Source: a virus
Lineage: Duplodnaviria > Caudoviricetes
Strand: one strand, 5' to 3'
Length of the DNA: 39,174 nt
Virus record (IMG/VR): IMGVR_UViG_3300010052_000201
Coordinates: 1 to 39,174 of that record
Each line of letters opens with the position of its first letter. The stretch's first letter is position 1. The notes under the pieces were generated by a model. That model saw only the letters and a program-made list of their open reading frames with translations. It did no database searches and was not told the origin of the DNA. Positions 1 through 9,671 of the stretch are shown in pieces. The position numbers and the translations under genes were made by a program.

Positions 1-1749
1 TTAAGTTTGCAGATACGCCTTAAGCTGCTCAAGCAAAGCGGAATCAGGCACGTCATTAAATCGAATCGTCGCGCCTTCATAGCCACGCCAGCTATACCCG
101 CCGCTAAACGATGACGAGTGCTTTTGCTGGTCATCCATCTCGTCAAAGCCATAGATTGCCGCAGCCGGGAAAGCCGATGTTGCGGAGGAATCAACGCCGT
201 TGATGTAGCATTCCACGTTGCCGGGGGCATACGTCCAAGTGACGATATACGCGGTGTTGGCTGATGGGGCTGAATTTGCGTAGTAGCTCGCATCAAAACC
301 AGCACTATCGCTGCGCAGTCGATACGCCCAACGCTGGGCCGTAATGACGCCGATGTAAAGCACGCCGGGCATTTGGTAATCGCTTACATCGTTGGAGTAG
401 AGCGAGTAGCCAAATATCTCATTGATTCCAGTGGGGACCGCACTGGGCTTAACCTGCGTGAGAATCCCGCCCGATGTTGTTGTGTAAGGAACTGGGGCCG
501 CTTCACCGTCCAGTGCGGCGTGCGATACCCACGCCTCGGCGGCATCAATCGAGCTATTCCAACCAGCGTATTTGCCCGTCTTGAATACATCGGCCACACG
601 CACCGGCCCGTCACCGAGCTTGCCAGAAAGCACCTTTCCTGATGCTCGGCAGGTTCGCTGATAGACCACGGTTTCGGTTGTTGGACTGTTAACCGGAGTC
701 AGCACCGCCCCGCTAACATCACAGGTTGTCTTAGCAGTCTCCCAGTTGCGTAGCAAGTCCGTGGTGATGCCCGCGCTTGCGTCCTCAAGGTCAGCGTATA
801 GCACAGGTGTCTTGCGGTTCTGCGTCAACGCTAGTGCTTCCGATGCAGTCAAGGCACGATTCCAAATTCTCGCACAGTGCCAAGTGTAGTTGCCGTAGCG
901 ATACCCGCTCCCGATTCGCAACAGTGAAGAACCGCTTGGCAGAGTCGATGCCAGATCATTGCTGGTCAGTGTGACTTCCACGCCATCCAACCACATGCGC
1001 ACCGTGCCATTGTCGAACGTCATCAAATGGCTTGTTGCGTTCGATCCGCCGTTGTAGGCCGCGCGTTTGTACGTCGAGTTGCTGACGTTGGTCAGCAGCG
1101 TCAAGCCGTTCCACTCGTAATCATATGACGACAGGACAAAGCCACTGCCCGCCGAGTAGCCGCCGAGTGCCGCACCACCTTGGCCGATGAATCCTTGCTC
1201 GTTGCTTGCCGAGTAACTGTATTGCGGACCACGCCAAAACTCGATTGTCATTGCACTCGCACCGTCTAACTCGCTGATGTGCGGGCTGGTGTGGTACTGC
1301 GATGATGCGGCATCGTAGCGAATACCCGCCATCGTCTCGGTCGATTCCGGTTCCCAATCGTAATAGGTGATGACGTTGGGCAATTCCCACGGCTCGGGGG
1401 TTGTTGCCTGGGCGATGTTGCTGGTAGCCAATAAGACAGCACCGGAGTCTTTGGCCTTGACGCGAAAGTAGTTCGCGGCCCCTAACAGAACCCCGTCGCT
1501 GCCGTCATAGGTTCCGGTGAGCGTGGCATCATCAATGCCCGTTGCAATGGTTGACCAGTTGACGCGATCCGCCGAGCGTTCCACGGTCCAAGTGCCGCTA
1601 GGGTCAATGGCGGTGAGGTTGTAGCCTGACCAGTTGACCGTGACAGTGCCGTCGCCGTTGTCGATGGCGCGGGCGGTTAGGCCGTTCCGATCAATCGCCA
1701 GCGCCGAAAGCCGACGTCGCCCCATCGTGATGCCGGGTTTGATTTCCAT
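1..1749 (-). CDS. Putative virion tail-tip/receptor-binding protein with FN3-like and LamG (ConA-like) domains
   Basis: N-terminal 'VTVNWS...WTVERS...NYFRVKA' FN3-like; 'MTIEFW...HLMTFDNGTVRMWLDG...RIWNRALTASE' LamG-like; S/T/G-rich; at end of tail module. Confidence 0.6.
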   Translation of the reverse strand: MEIKPGITMGRRRLSALAIDRNGLTARAIDNGDGTVTVNWSGYNLTAIDPSGTWTVERSADRVNWSTIATGIDDATLTGTYDGSDGVLLGAANYFRVKAKDSGAVLLATSNIAQATTPEPWELPNVITYYDWEPESTETMAGIRYDAASSQYHTSPHISELDGASAMTIEFWRGPQYSYSASNEQGFIGQGGAALGGYSAGSGFVLSSYDYEWNGLTLLTNVSNSTYKRAAYNGGSNATSHLMTFDNGTVRMWLDGVEVTLTSNDLASTLPSGSSLLRIGSGYRYGNYTWHCARIWNRALTASEALALTQNRKTPVLYADLEDASAGITTDLLRNWETAKTTCDVSGAVLTPVNSPTTETVVYQRTCRASGKVLSGKLGDGPVRVADVFKTGKYAGWNSSIDAAEAWVSHAALDGEAAPVPYTTTSGGILTQVKPSAVPTGINEIFGYSLYSNDVSDYQMPGVLYIGVITAQRWAYRLRSDSAGFDASYYANSAPSANTAYIVTWTYAPGNVECYINGVDSSATSAFPAAAIYGFDEMDDQQKHSSSFSGGYSWRGYEGATIRFNDVPDSALLEQLKAYLQT

Positions 1750-1829
1750 GGTTCGCTTACTCCGCTTGAATTGCTCTAGTACCTTGCGGCATTGTCTTGG
1801 GGCGTCGCCGGGAAAAAATGCGGTGACTT

Positions 1830-2240
1830 TCAGGCATAAACAATCGTCGCTTGTCCCGTCTTGTCATCGCCGCCGATTCTGATGCTCATCCCGCCGATTC
1901 GCTCGCGTTTGATCGCCGGATCGTAGGGGATGAAATAGTGACGGCCCTTCGGAGAATCGAATTGATGAACCGGCGTGATATTTCGCTCGGCCAGCCATTG
2001 CTCGGCCGTCTCGATCGAAAATGGCCCGTCGCAATCAAGATCGATCAGTTTGCTCTGCGGCCCCAGCAAGACACCGACGCGGGCACCGGGCAGTTGCTCA
2101 AACCACTGGCGGATCTTGGCCTCGTCGGTCGTTGCTTCAAGGTGCCAGTTCGATACGATTGGCCGCTTGGCTGTTGGATGAAACGGGACAACCAGCCAGC
2201 CGCGGGACGCACACCACAGAGCTAGGTCAATTTGCGGCAT
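1830..2240 (-). CDS. Stand-alone bifunctional DNA primase/polymerase (Prim-Pol) N-terminal domain protein
   Basis: 'ASRGWLVVP...KRP...WHLEATTDEAKIRQWF...VGVLLG...LIDLDCD...SPKGRHYF' matches Prim-Pol motifs; start overlaps upstream stop by 14 nt. Confidence 0.8.
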   Translation of the reverse strand: MPQIDLALWCASRGWLVVPFHPTAKRPIVSNWHLEATTDEAKIRQWFEQLPGARVGVLLGPQSKLIDLDCDGPFSIETAEQWLAERNITPVHQFDSPKGRHYFIPYDPAIKRERIGGMSIRIGGDDKTGQATIVYA

Positions 2241-3486
2241 TGTCGATCCTTTCGAGGAAGAACACGCCGATAGACTTCGGCCGGCTGTTGGCCTCAGTAA
2301 TTGTTATGTCCGTGACGCTTGCAACGTGAACGGCGTTTGTCGTGCTACCAGCAACAGTATCGATGACGTTTACCGTCGAGTCGTCCAGATTGTTATCAAC
2401 GGCCTGCAGTGTTAGCGCGTGGTCATCAATCGCAGCAGCAACGTCAGCGGCCGGGATCGTAATTCCACCCGCGAACGTGTCCATGTACGAGCCGTTACCC
2501 CAAGGGAATCGGCCAGTCATATCAATGGCCGCACCAGTCGCTGTCTTATCTGTGTCTTGCGTTCCGTCGCACACGGCCCAGCCGGTTGGCACTCTCGGGG
2601 CAGAGTCGGCAAATTGCATCTCTACAGTGCCAATCGCCCGGTCTACATAGCCCTCGCCAACGACTTCGTAATAAGGCAAGCCGGAATCTAGCGGGTCTGT
2701 TTGGCCTGGCACTTCGACAAAGGTTACATACTGATCTTCAACGACATTCGGGTCGCCGCTGCCAACGCCCGCAACTCCGTCTCGAATCACGGTCGGAATG
2801 TAAACGCGAAACTCCGTGGCGGAATCTTCGCCGATAACGCGGTCCACTTCCACATAGCCAAACTCGCGCGGGTTAAGTTGTGTTAGTAACGCACTTGGCC
2901 AGTTGCCAATGCCCGGCGTTTGCTTTTTCCAGTTGGCTTTTGCTTGGCCGTGCTTGATCGGGTTGGCTGTTTCCACACTGAGCAAGATCGGCTTGAGCCC
3001 CGCGCTAGATCCAGAATCGTTGACTTGCAGCGTGACGCTACTCCCAAGAACCTTGCCAATTGCAAAATCTCCCGAGTCCGCGGCGTCCCAAGAATCCTCT
3101 TTTGCATAAACCGTATCTCCTTGAACTACCGTATCCGGCAGCTTCGCCAGCGCGTGCCCAAACAAAATGCACTGACCGATCTCGCCGTTGGCAACCCCGG
3201 TCGAGCCGTTGATCGCGTAGAAGTTCCCGCGAGTGTCGTCAGGCCGCTCGCCGTGCAATCGCCAGCTTGTATCCGTGCTGTCGGCTTCATAATCGATGAT
3301 CTTGATAACACCGCCAGGCGGGCAAGTCGAGCCGCCGTAGTTCTTCCATTCGATTTCGCGGGGGAACTGTTCGAACAACTCGTGTGGCGTCATCACGCCA
3401 TTAGCCCGGCGCGCGGCATGGCGATCGCGCTGCAGAGAGGCAGCGACTTTGCGACGGTCATTATCATTGAGTCCGTAAATGCTCAT
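2227..3486 (-). CDS. Tail protein with C-terminal tail-collar-like domain
   Basis: 'IGTVEMQF...VPTGWAVCDG...IDMTGRFPWG' is the tail collar signature; two genes after tape measure. Confidence 0.65.
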   Translation of the reverse strand: MSIYGLNDNDRRKVAASLQRDRHAARRANGVMTPHELFEQFPREIEWKNYGGSTCPPGGVIKIIDYEADSTDTSWRLHGERPDDTRGNFYAINGSTGVANGEIGQCILFGHALAKLPDTVVQGDTVYAKEDSWDAADSGDFAIGKVLGSSVTLQVNDSGSSAGLKPILLSVETANPIKHGQAKANWKKQTPGIGNWPSALLTQLNPREFGYVEVDRVIGEDSATEFRVYIPTVIRDGVAGVGSGDPNVVEDQYVTFVEVPGQTDPLDSGLPYYEVVGEGYVDRAIGTVEMQFADSAPRVPTGWAVCDGTQDTDKTATGAAIDMTGRFPWGNGSYMDTFAGGITIPAADVAAAIDDHALTLQAVDNNLDDSTVNVIDTVAGSTTNAVHVASVTDITITEANSRPKSIGVFFLERIDNAAN

Positions 3487-3489
3487 GCT

Positions 3490-4362
3490 TTACCAGAGGT
3501 CGCTAAAGGTTGCTGTGCCGCGAACTTGGATGATACGGATATATGGCTCTGCCAGTGTCGGCGCGGTAGGTTGGGGCCGGATCGCTTCGCCGTCGGCGTC
3601 TAGCCACCACGGCTCGGTAATCTTTTGCCCCTTGTCGTCCTTGATATGCACAAGCAACCCGGTCGAGAGATCGGAAAAGCCACGATTAAGAATCTTCTCG
3701 TCCCACGTATCGCGATTGATCAGCACTTCAAGCGTTCGCTTATAGAACAGCACTCCGTCAACGCGTTCCTCTTCCTCTTGAATGTCGGTCAAGAGAGCCT
3801 TGCAGGCCGTGTGCCCCTTCCAGGTTGCGTTATTCACCTTGAATAAATGCGTATTCCATAGACCGCTTCCAGCGCCATCATCGGCACTCGTCGCAGACCA
3901 GAGCGTATAGCGGTACATTAAGCCGCCTTGTTCGAGGTCAATTCCTTCGGTGAACGGCGCGCCAGCCGTGTTTACGATCAGGTTGTTGTCTTTGTCGTAA
4001 ATCGTGTTCTTCGTGTACTTCCAAGTGCCGCGAAACCAGATCGGCCGGCGCGTTGTCGGATCAGCCGGATCTGGCGGGTCTTCGCCGTCTTCGTTTTCTT
4101 CGGGAACCGCATAGTCTACAGAGACAGTCCAGTAAACCGGGTTGTTTTCGCTTTGGTCCGCGCTCTTTTCCAATGCGAATCGCCCGCCGCCGTCTGGATC
4201 GGCATCGTAGATCGCTGGAATGCCAGTCGCGTTATACGCTTCCGCTGGGGTAGCGTAGCGGGTATCCATCTTGACCAAATAACGGGCGCGCCGCTTTCCT
4301 TGCAGCTTGCTATTTGTGCTGCCGGAACGCCCGCGCAATTCAGTGACTGAGACTACTGCCAT
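3490..4362 (-). CDS. Putative distal tail/tail-tip protein
   Basis: Position directly after tape measure, TAATG coupling; no family recognised. Confidence 0.45.
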   Translation of the reverse strand: MAVVSVTELRGRSGSTNSKLQGKRRARYLVKMDTRYATPAEAYNATGIPAIYDADPDGGGRFALEKSADQSENNPVYWTVSVDYAVPEENEDGEDPPDPADPTTRRPIWFRGTWKYTKNTIYDKDNNLIVNTAGAPFTEGIDLEQGGLMYRYTLWSATSADDGAGSGLWNTHLFKVNNATWKGHTACKALLTDIQEEEERVDGVLFYKRTLEVLINRDTWDEKILNRGFSDLSTGLLVHIKDDKGQKITEPWWLDADGEAIRPQPTAPTLAEPYIRIIQVRGTATFSDLW

Positions 4363-5705
4363 TAGAAGTTCGCTGGTTGAAGTGCGGTCAGTTGTTTCTT
4401 GGTGTTGTCGCCAATCTGCTGCAAGAGTTTGATTTGCTCGTCGCTCTGTTGGACCAATTCCTTAAGCGGCCGATCTTCTGGCTTCACATTCGGTAACATC
4501 GAGGCCAGAATCGCCCGGCTTGCTTCGGCTGTGTTGGCTCGCACGAGACCTGCGAATTGTGGCTGAACCATCGGCAAGGCCGCATCGAGACGCTGGCGAG
4601 CAACACCGCGCAGGATATTTGCGTTTTCTTCAAGCAAGCCAAGGCCGTTGATGCGCTGCATTTCGTTTTCGAACATCTTGGCCGGACTAAGCGCGTCTAA
4701 CTCGGCCTTGTTGGCCATTTGTTTGTCTGCCCAAGCCTGAGCCTGATTTGCCCCCTTTTCGAGTTGCGCGGCAAAATCGTTGACCTTCATCGTCGCCATA
4801 TCCCATTGACGCATCGCCTCGCCGGCAATCGGGTTCGTTCCCTGTCGCTGAATGACTTCGCCAAACTTAGAAAAGACGAGCATCAACTCAGCAGAGGCAT
4901 TGGCTTGTCGCAATTCCTGCGCGCGAGCAAGGCCGTTCGCGATGTTTTCTTCGATCTTTTTGCCGAATTCATTTGCAGCACGGTTGAAATCGTTTTGCTG
5001 GCCAAATGTTGGTCCACCAACCCGGACGCCAGCGAACCTGCCGGGGCGAACATTGGGGTCAAACCCCGCTTCGCGCATGGCCTGATCGCGCGCGTCTTTG
5101 ATGTTTCCAGCTTTCCACATACGCGCAAGGTTTGCGTCTCGCTCCAATACTGCCGCCTCTTGACGCGCTGCAATGATTTTTTTCGCGGCATCGTCCCCCA
5201 CTAACTTGGCAATGCTCAATTGCCGTGGGTTGACTTCTGGGGTTTGCGGCTTGATGGATTCGAGCAACTTGCCGGTCCGCTCCATATCGGCCTTAGCCTT
5301 GGTGTCAATCGCAATGCCGCGATCTTTGAGCGATACGGTCCCCTTCGTGAGTTTGTCGATCTGCGATTGCTTGATGCGAGTCGAGATTTCCCCAATGACC
5401 GGAATCAGTTCACGGCCAGCAGCAACAGCCGCCGCGATAGGCAGAGACCACGCCCCCAGCGCAACACCGATGCCGCCGATCTTGCCGATCAAGTCGCCCG
5501 ATGATGCGATCTGCTTAATGCCGGTGAACAGCCCTTTGTTGCCCATCAAGACTTCAAGGCGACTACTGAAATTACGGCCGCTCTTTTCGATCTCTCGAAA
5601 ATTGCTATTTGCCACATCCGTAGCACGGCGCATCCCGCGCTCAAACTCGGTGACGTTCGCCGACATGGCGACAACCATACTCGCAACTTTGATGCTGTCA
5701 GCCAT
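4362..5705 (-). CDS. Tail tape measure protein (short, 447 aa)
   Basis: N-terminus 'IKVASMVVAMSANVTEFERGMRRA'; A/Q-rich helical; follows tail chaperones. Confidence 0.75.
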   Translation of the reverse strand: MADSIKVASMVVAMSANVTEFERGMRRATDVANSNFREIEKSGRNFSSRLEVLMGNKGLFTGIKQIASSGDLIGKIGGIGVALGAWSLPIAAAVAAGRELIPVIGEISTRIKQSQIDKLTKGTVSLKDRGIAIDTKAKADMERTGKLLESIKPQTPEVNPRQLSIAKLVGDDAAKKIIAARQEAAVLERDANLARMWKAGNIKDARDQAMREAGFDPNVRPGRFAGVRVGGPTFGQQNDFNRAANEFGKKIEENIANGLARAQELRQANASAELMLVFSKFGEVIQRQGTNPIAGEAMRQWDMATMKVNDFAAQLEKGANQAQAWADKQMANKAELDALSPAKMFENEMQRINGLGLLEENANILRGVARQRLDAALPMVQPQFAGLVRANTAEASRAILASMLPNVKPEDRPLKELVQQSDEQIKLLQQIGDNTKKQLTALQPANF

Positions 5706-6021
5706 GCTTTTTACTCATTGCGGCGTTGTGTCGTTTGGCCCATAAATCCCAGTCTTCGCCCGTTGCTTGGCGTGGCTTTTCAAACCGCACAAGGCAATCT
5801 CGGAAACTGACTTTTCCACCTTGAACGCTTGCCAGAATGTGCGTCTGCTTTGCCGTCGCAAAGTTCAGCAAATCCCACGGCCAGGGCTCTACGGCGTAAT
5901 ACTGCTGCCAGCGTGTGAACTCGCTCGACGTGATGTTGTCGAGCAGTTCGCTTTCGGTCTTGTGCAATGCGCGAGCAAGCTTCGTTACAAACAGTCCGCT
6001 TGCCCGCTCGATGCGTTTTTT
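5698..6021 (-). CDS. Tail assembly chaperone T segment, reached by -1 frameshift (G-T fusion)
   Basis: The -1 frame from A AAA AAC reads KRIERASGLFVTKLARALHKTESELL...EPW and joins ORF 5698-5967. Confidence 0.8.
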   Translation of the reverse strand, partial: KKRIERASGLFVTKLARALHKTESELLDNITSSEFTRWQQYYAVEPWPWDLLNFATAKQTHILASVQGGKVSFRDCLVRFEKPRQATGEDWDLWAKRHNAAMSKKHG

Positions 6022-6455
6022 CCTGTGAGACCTGCCAAGTGCGGGTCATCGTCGGCGTCAACGTCGAGCGTTGCGTCTTCGCTTTCCTCGTCGTCGCGCT
6101 CGGCTTGCTGGGTCGTGTAAATGCCAGCAACCAGCCCGATCTCCCGGGCTAGGTGCTCGATTAACTGAGACGAGAGCGTGTCGCAAATCTCCTTGTGATC
6201 TTCCGGCTTATCGAAGATCTGCGCGCCGTCCTCATCCACGAGGCCCAGTTGCACGAGCTTGGCGGCCACGGCCGTCGAACTCGTCAACCGCCCTTGATCG
6301 TCAAGTTGCTTGTGCATGAACTTTTCGAACTCGATCCGCTGGCGGCCTGTCAAGTCGCTGGCAAAGACTTGTTGCTCTTCGCCGTCGAGCATGATCTTGA
6401 GCCCAACGCGGGCCAACTCTTTGCCGGACGCCAGGAACTTCTCTCGCAAACCCAT
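5985..6455 (-). CDS. Tail assembly chaperone G
   Basis: Between tail tube and tape measure; 'LVQLGLVDEDGAQIF'; ends with GKN slippery codons. Confidence 0.8.
   Translation of the reverse strand: MGLREKFLASGKELARVGLKIMLDGEEQQVFASDLTGRQRIEFEKFMHKQLDDQGRLTSSTAVAAKLVQLGLVDEDGAQIFDKPEDHKEICDTLSSQLIEHLAREIGLVAGIYTTQQAERDDEESEDATLDVDADDDPHLAGLTGKNASSGQADCL
6015..6021 (-). other. -1 ribosomal frameshift heptamer A AAA AAC
   Basis: GGA AAA AAC in G frame; -1 frame open to 5698. Confidence 0.8.
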
Positions 6456-6510
6456 GAGGATGAAACCTTGTGACAGAGTGAGGGGGAATCGAAACAGCGA
6501 TCAGCCAGCT

Positions 6511-6924
6511 TTAGGCGATGCTGGCCACGGCGATTGCACCGATCGGTTGCAGGCCGAAGCTCTTCTTGTGGATCGCCTTCACGTCCACGCTCTCGGCGTT
6601 CCACTGGGCAACATACGCGCTAAACGTGTATTTCTTGCCGCTCGTGGGGTGATGAATTTCGCAAGCCGCCGACGCGCCAGACATTGCCAGGGCTTCGAGG
6701 TCTTCATGCACCGAGTTGGCCGGGTCGAAGTTCAAGATGCCGGTGATCGGCGCCGGATCGGGAATGGTGCTGTCGCATTCCATCCAAGTCGAATCCAGAT
6801 CGGTCGTATCGACCTTGTCGTTCGTCCAACCTGGGGGAACGAGCGAGACGACTTGCGGAATCGCGGTGAGAACGGAATCGAGCGTGACCTTGAGGACGGT
6901 CCCCTTGCCTTTAACGTGTGCCAT
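6511..6924 (-). CDS. Major tail tube protein
   Basis: 'KGTVLKV...VDTTDLDS...DPAPITGILNFDP...YTFSAYV' lambda gpV-like tube pattern; position. Confidence 0.8.
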   Translation of the reverse strand: MAHVKGKGTVLKVTLDSVLTAIPQVVSLVPPGWTNDKVDTTDLDSTWMECDSTIPDPAPITGILNFDPANSVHEDLEALAMSGASAACEIHHPTSGKKYTFSAYVAQWNAESVDVKAIHKKSFGLQPIGAIAVASIA

Positions 6925-6934
6925 GGTTCAACCC

Positions 6935-7396
6935 TTATTTGGAAGCGAGAACGAAAAACAAAGTCGAGCGGTAGTAAGTGCGCTGATCGGATGCGTCTGG
7001 CGGATCGCCGGCGTCGGTCGTCGTGTCTTCGGCAACAATCGCGTCTATGTTGCGTGTGCCGTACACCGTGACGTTGTCGGCTCCATAGCAAGTCACGGTC
7101 CCGGTATGTTGCGTTAGGCACGGATCGGCATCAGTGCCGCGTATCATTTGGTCGAGCAAATAGGCTTCGTTGTAGGATGCCGCATAGCAATCGACCGCGA
7201 TGCGTGAATTGATGTGCGTTTCGTCGTTGTCAATGTCCGGGTCGTCGCCGTACTCTTGCAGCCGAATCACGATCGAGGGTAATGCCTCGCCCTGAGGCCG
7301 GTTCTGCAAGTGGATACGTGTATCGACCAGGTCCACAATGTTGGCGACATTGCGGAGCAATTGGGCGATGCAGGTTTCGACACTTGGCGACGACAT
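6935..7396 (-). CDS. Tail terminator/completion protein (DUF3168-like)
   Basis: 'LVDTRIH...PQGEALPSIV...RIAVDCYAASYNEA'; position. Confidence 0.7.
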   Translation of the reverse strand: MSSPSVETCIAQLLRNVANIVDLVDTRIHLQNRPQGEALPSIVIRLQEYGDDPDIDNDETHINSRIAVDCYAASYNEAYLLDQMIRGTDADPCLTQHTGTVTCYGADNVTVYGTRNIDAIVAEDTTTDAGDPPDASDQRTYYRSTLFFVLASK

Positions 7397-7398
7397 GG

Positions 7399-7989
7399 TT
7401 ATTTCTTGGGTGTTGCGGCTTTCACCGCGGCGGCTCTCAGTTCCTCTTTGATCGACTTCACTAAATCGGCTTTGATCGCTTCGGCATTGTCGTTAAAGGC
7501 GTTTCGCAGGAAGTGCTTTGGCTTGACGACTCGGGTTTTATCGCGGGCAATCGTCAGCTTTGCGGCGGTGATCTTCTTGCGAAAAATCAGCGGGACCGCT
7601 CCGCTCTTGCCAATCTCTTGTTTCTCGCGTCGCAGCCACTTTTGAGCAGTGCGAATTGCGCCGGACTGCCGGTGTCGTCCCGTTGGTCGCCAGCCGTATT
7701 CCTGAAACCCGCCGTAAAACGTCTGCCCCTTGTAATCGCCCGCAGCAGTTCCCACGGTGAAACCGACAACGGCCTTGCGCGTTCTTTTGAATGCACGAAC
7801 TTTCAGCGTCTTGATCAGCAAGCCGCTCTTGCGCGGTGCCCGGAACTTCGCCCCGCGGAGCACCGTCTTGGCCGACTCTCGCAGCGACTTCCGCAACGCG
7901 CCCTTGACCAACTTGGCCGGCAAGGTGCGCAGCAGTTCCAGCGTTTCGACGTCGCCCGCAAGGCTCACTTGGACTTTGATTTGTGCCAT
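7399..7989 (-). CDS. HK97 gp10-family tail/neck component
   Basis: 'ALRKSLRESAKTV...AKFRAPRKSGLL...FYGGFQEYG...PKHFLRNAF'. Confidence 0.8.
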   Translation of the reverse strand: MAQIKVQVSLAGDVETLELLRTLPAKLVKGALRKSLRESAKTVLRGAKFRAPRKSGLLIKTLKVRAFKRTRKAVVGFTVGTAAGDYKGQTFYGGFQEYGWRPTGRHRQSGAIRTAQKWLRREKQEIGKSGAVPLIFRKKITAAKLTIARDKTRVVKPKHFLRNAFNDNAEAIKADLVKSIKEELRAAAVKAATPKK

Positions 7990-7995
7990 GAGTCA

Positions 7996-8322
7996 CTAGG
8001 TCGTCTCCCGGCAAACGAGGATCGCCGTGCGATTTCGCTCATCCATGTTCGTGATCGAATCGATGTGCAGCACGCGCGAGCCCCAAAGCAGCCGCCAGCC
8101 GCTCGTGATCGACTCGCCCAAAGGCCAGCGGAGCGTAACGCGGTGTTGCGTCTCGCTCTGTACGCTGGCATCATCGACGTATTCACGACCGGCAAACGGC
8201 TCGATCTTTGCCCAGTAAGTTGCTTGCGTCGTCCAACCACTGATAACGGTCTGCCCGCCGTCGTCGCGGCTATACGTCGGCGATTGCAGTGCTACGCGGT
8301 GCCGTAGTTCGCCGGATTTCAC
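7996..8322 (-). CDS. Head closure / head-tail adaptor (SPP1 gp16-like)
   Basis: 'SGELRHRVALQ...DDGG...WAKIEPFAGREY'; GTG start overlaps upstream TGA. Confidence 0.85.
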   Translation of the reverse strand: MKSGELRHRVALQSPTYSRDDGGQTVISGWTTQATYWAKIEPFAGREYVDDASVQSETQHRVTLRWPLGESITSGWRLLWGSRVLHIDSITNMDERNRTAILVCRETT

Positions 8323-8933
8323 TTGTCGGCCTCCGACATTGGCTCGTACTGGCGGAAGTCGTCGCCCACGCAATAAGGTCTCAGGAGATCGTGAAACCCG
8401 ACGGCGATCTTGGTCGTGCTCGCCTCGCTGAGGTTTTCGCGGAACTCGTACAAAGCCCCGACCTGCAGCAAGATCGCTTGCTTGATCAGGGCCGGGACCG
8501 CCGCGGCGTTAGCGTAGCCCGCTTGGTACGGAATCGTGATCGGCAGCGGCCGCTGATCGTCAACCGTCGGCCACAGCGCATAGCGGGCCGGCACAATCAT
8601 CGGCTCTTCGCCGGCTTGCTCGATCAAGTCCGCCACGAGGATCGACTCTGAATCACCCGCGAGGTCGTAATAGGTGATCGCCGTTTCGATGTTCACGAGC
8701 GGCGGTCGCGGCAACAGCAACGGATCGCGGCCAACTGGGAACTCTTTGAGCTTGAGCGTATGCAGCCGCTTTTCGATGCTGCGACCCATGAAGACTTCGG
8801 CTTGATCCGTCGCGGCGTAAATGAGCCGGGTGATCAAAGCGTCTTCGTCGCTATGGTCAACGCGCAAGTGCAGCTTGGCCTCGGCGAGCGAGACTTGCAG
8901 CGTCGAGAGTGCGGCAATTGAAAGCGAGTACAT
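8319..8933 (-). CDS. Head-tail connector (HK97 gp6-like)
   Basis: 'VSLAEAKLHLRVDHSDEDALI...VPALIKQAILLQVGALYEFRE'. Confidence 0.9.
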   Translation of the reverse strand: MYSLSIAALSTLQVSLAEAKLHLRVDHSDEDALITRLIYAATDQAEVFMGRSIEKRLHTLKLKEFPVGRDPLLLPRPPLVNIETAITYYDLAGDSESILVADLIEQAGEEPMIVPARYALWPTVDDQRPLPITIPYQAGYANAAAVPALIKQAILLQVGALYEFRENLSEASTTKIAVGFHDLLRPYCVGDDFRQYEPMSEADK

Positions 8934-8950
8934 AGCGGCGCGGTGTAAGG

Positions 8951-8982
8951 AAAAAGCCCGGCGCGGCGAGCGCGTCCGGGCT
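8951..8982 (-). terminator. Intrinsic terminator after capsid operon
   Basis: Minus strand AGCCCGG...CCGGGCT hairpin followed by a T-run. Confidence 0.65.
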
Positions 8983-9007
8983 GAGGATCAAGACAACAGC
9001 CCAGTGA

Positions 9008-9427
9008 TTAAGTCTTCTGGGTGTTCTGCGGCAAGCTGCGAGGATTCGTCAGCGCCCAGACAACGCAAACCGGGACGTTACCCGAGTTAGACGCCGGCGT
9101 GATCGTGAGTTTGAGATACTGCTTTTGGCCCTTGTAAAAGAGCTTGAACGTCTTGCCGTCGTCACTGAACAGCGGATTAGCCCCAGCTTCCGTGCCGATC
9201 ATGTCGGCATCGGCAACCGCGGTGTAAGTTCCGCCAGAGGTGTCGCACTCTTCCAGCAACGTGGTAAAGGTTGCGTCCGTGTCGGCGATTGTTCCATAGG
9301 AAATGATCGCCATTGCACCGGTAAAACCGGCGCAGTTGAGCACGTCCGTTACGAGAGCCGTGTTGTCGGTCGCCACGCGAGGCGTGAGGCCCGCGACTAG
9401 CTTGATCCGAGAGTTGATATCGTTCAT
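9008..9427 (-). CDS. Putative capsid decoration/cement protein
   Basis: Beta-rich 139 aa two genes after capsid, 'QYLKLTITP'; function by position and resemblance only. Confidence 0.4.
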   Translation of the reverse strand: MNDINSRIKLVAGLTPRVATDNTALVTDVLNCAGFTGAMAIISYGTIADTDATFTTLLEECDTSGGTYTAVADADMIGTEAGANPLFSDDGKTFKLFYKGQKQYLKLTITPASNSGNVPVCVVWALTNPRSLPQNTQKT

Positions 9428-9651
9428 GGTGAATTCCGCTTGCGCGGCCTTTGAGTGGTTTTGCGTTGGTGATCCGCCACGTTGTCGGCGGCGGTCTCGA
9501 CTTGCACGGTGCGCGGCGGATCGTCGAACAATTCCGTCGCCCGTTCGTTCTCGACTAGCTCCCGGGCTAGCTCTGCTGGCAGGTCATAGACCTGGCCAGC
9601 GAGAAGCGTGCGCCCGGGGCGAATCGAAAACTGATTTACAAGAACTCGCAT
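9424..9651 (-). CDS. Small head-associated hypothetical protein
   Basis: 'GQVYDLPAELARELVE' type of small gene often following capsid; ATGA overlap. Confidence 0.5.
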   Translation of the reverse strand: MRVLVNQFSIRPGRTLLAGQVYDLPAELARELVENERATELFDDPPRTVQVETAADNVADHQRKTTQRPRKRNSP

Positions 9652-9671
9652 TGCTCACGAGGTTAAAGGAA

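Noticed and set aside
1-3486. Diversity-generating retroelement or invertible tail-fibre system
   Set aside because: No reverse transcriptase, invertase or TR/VR repeat pair seen
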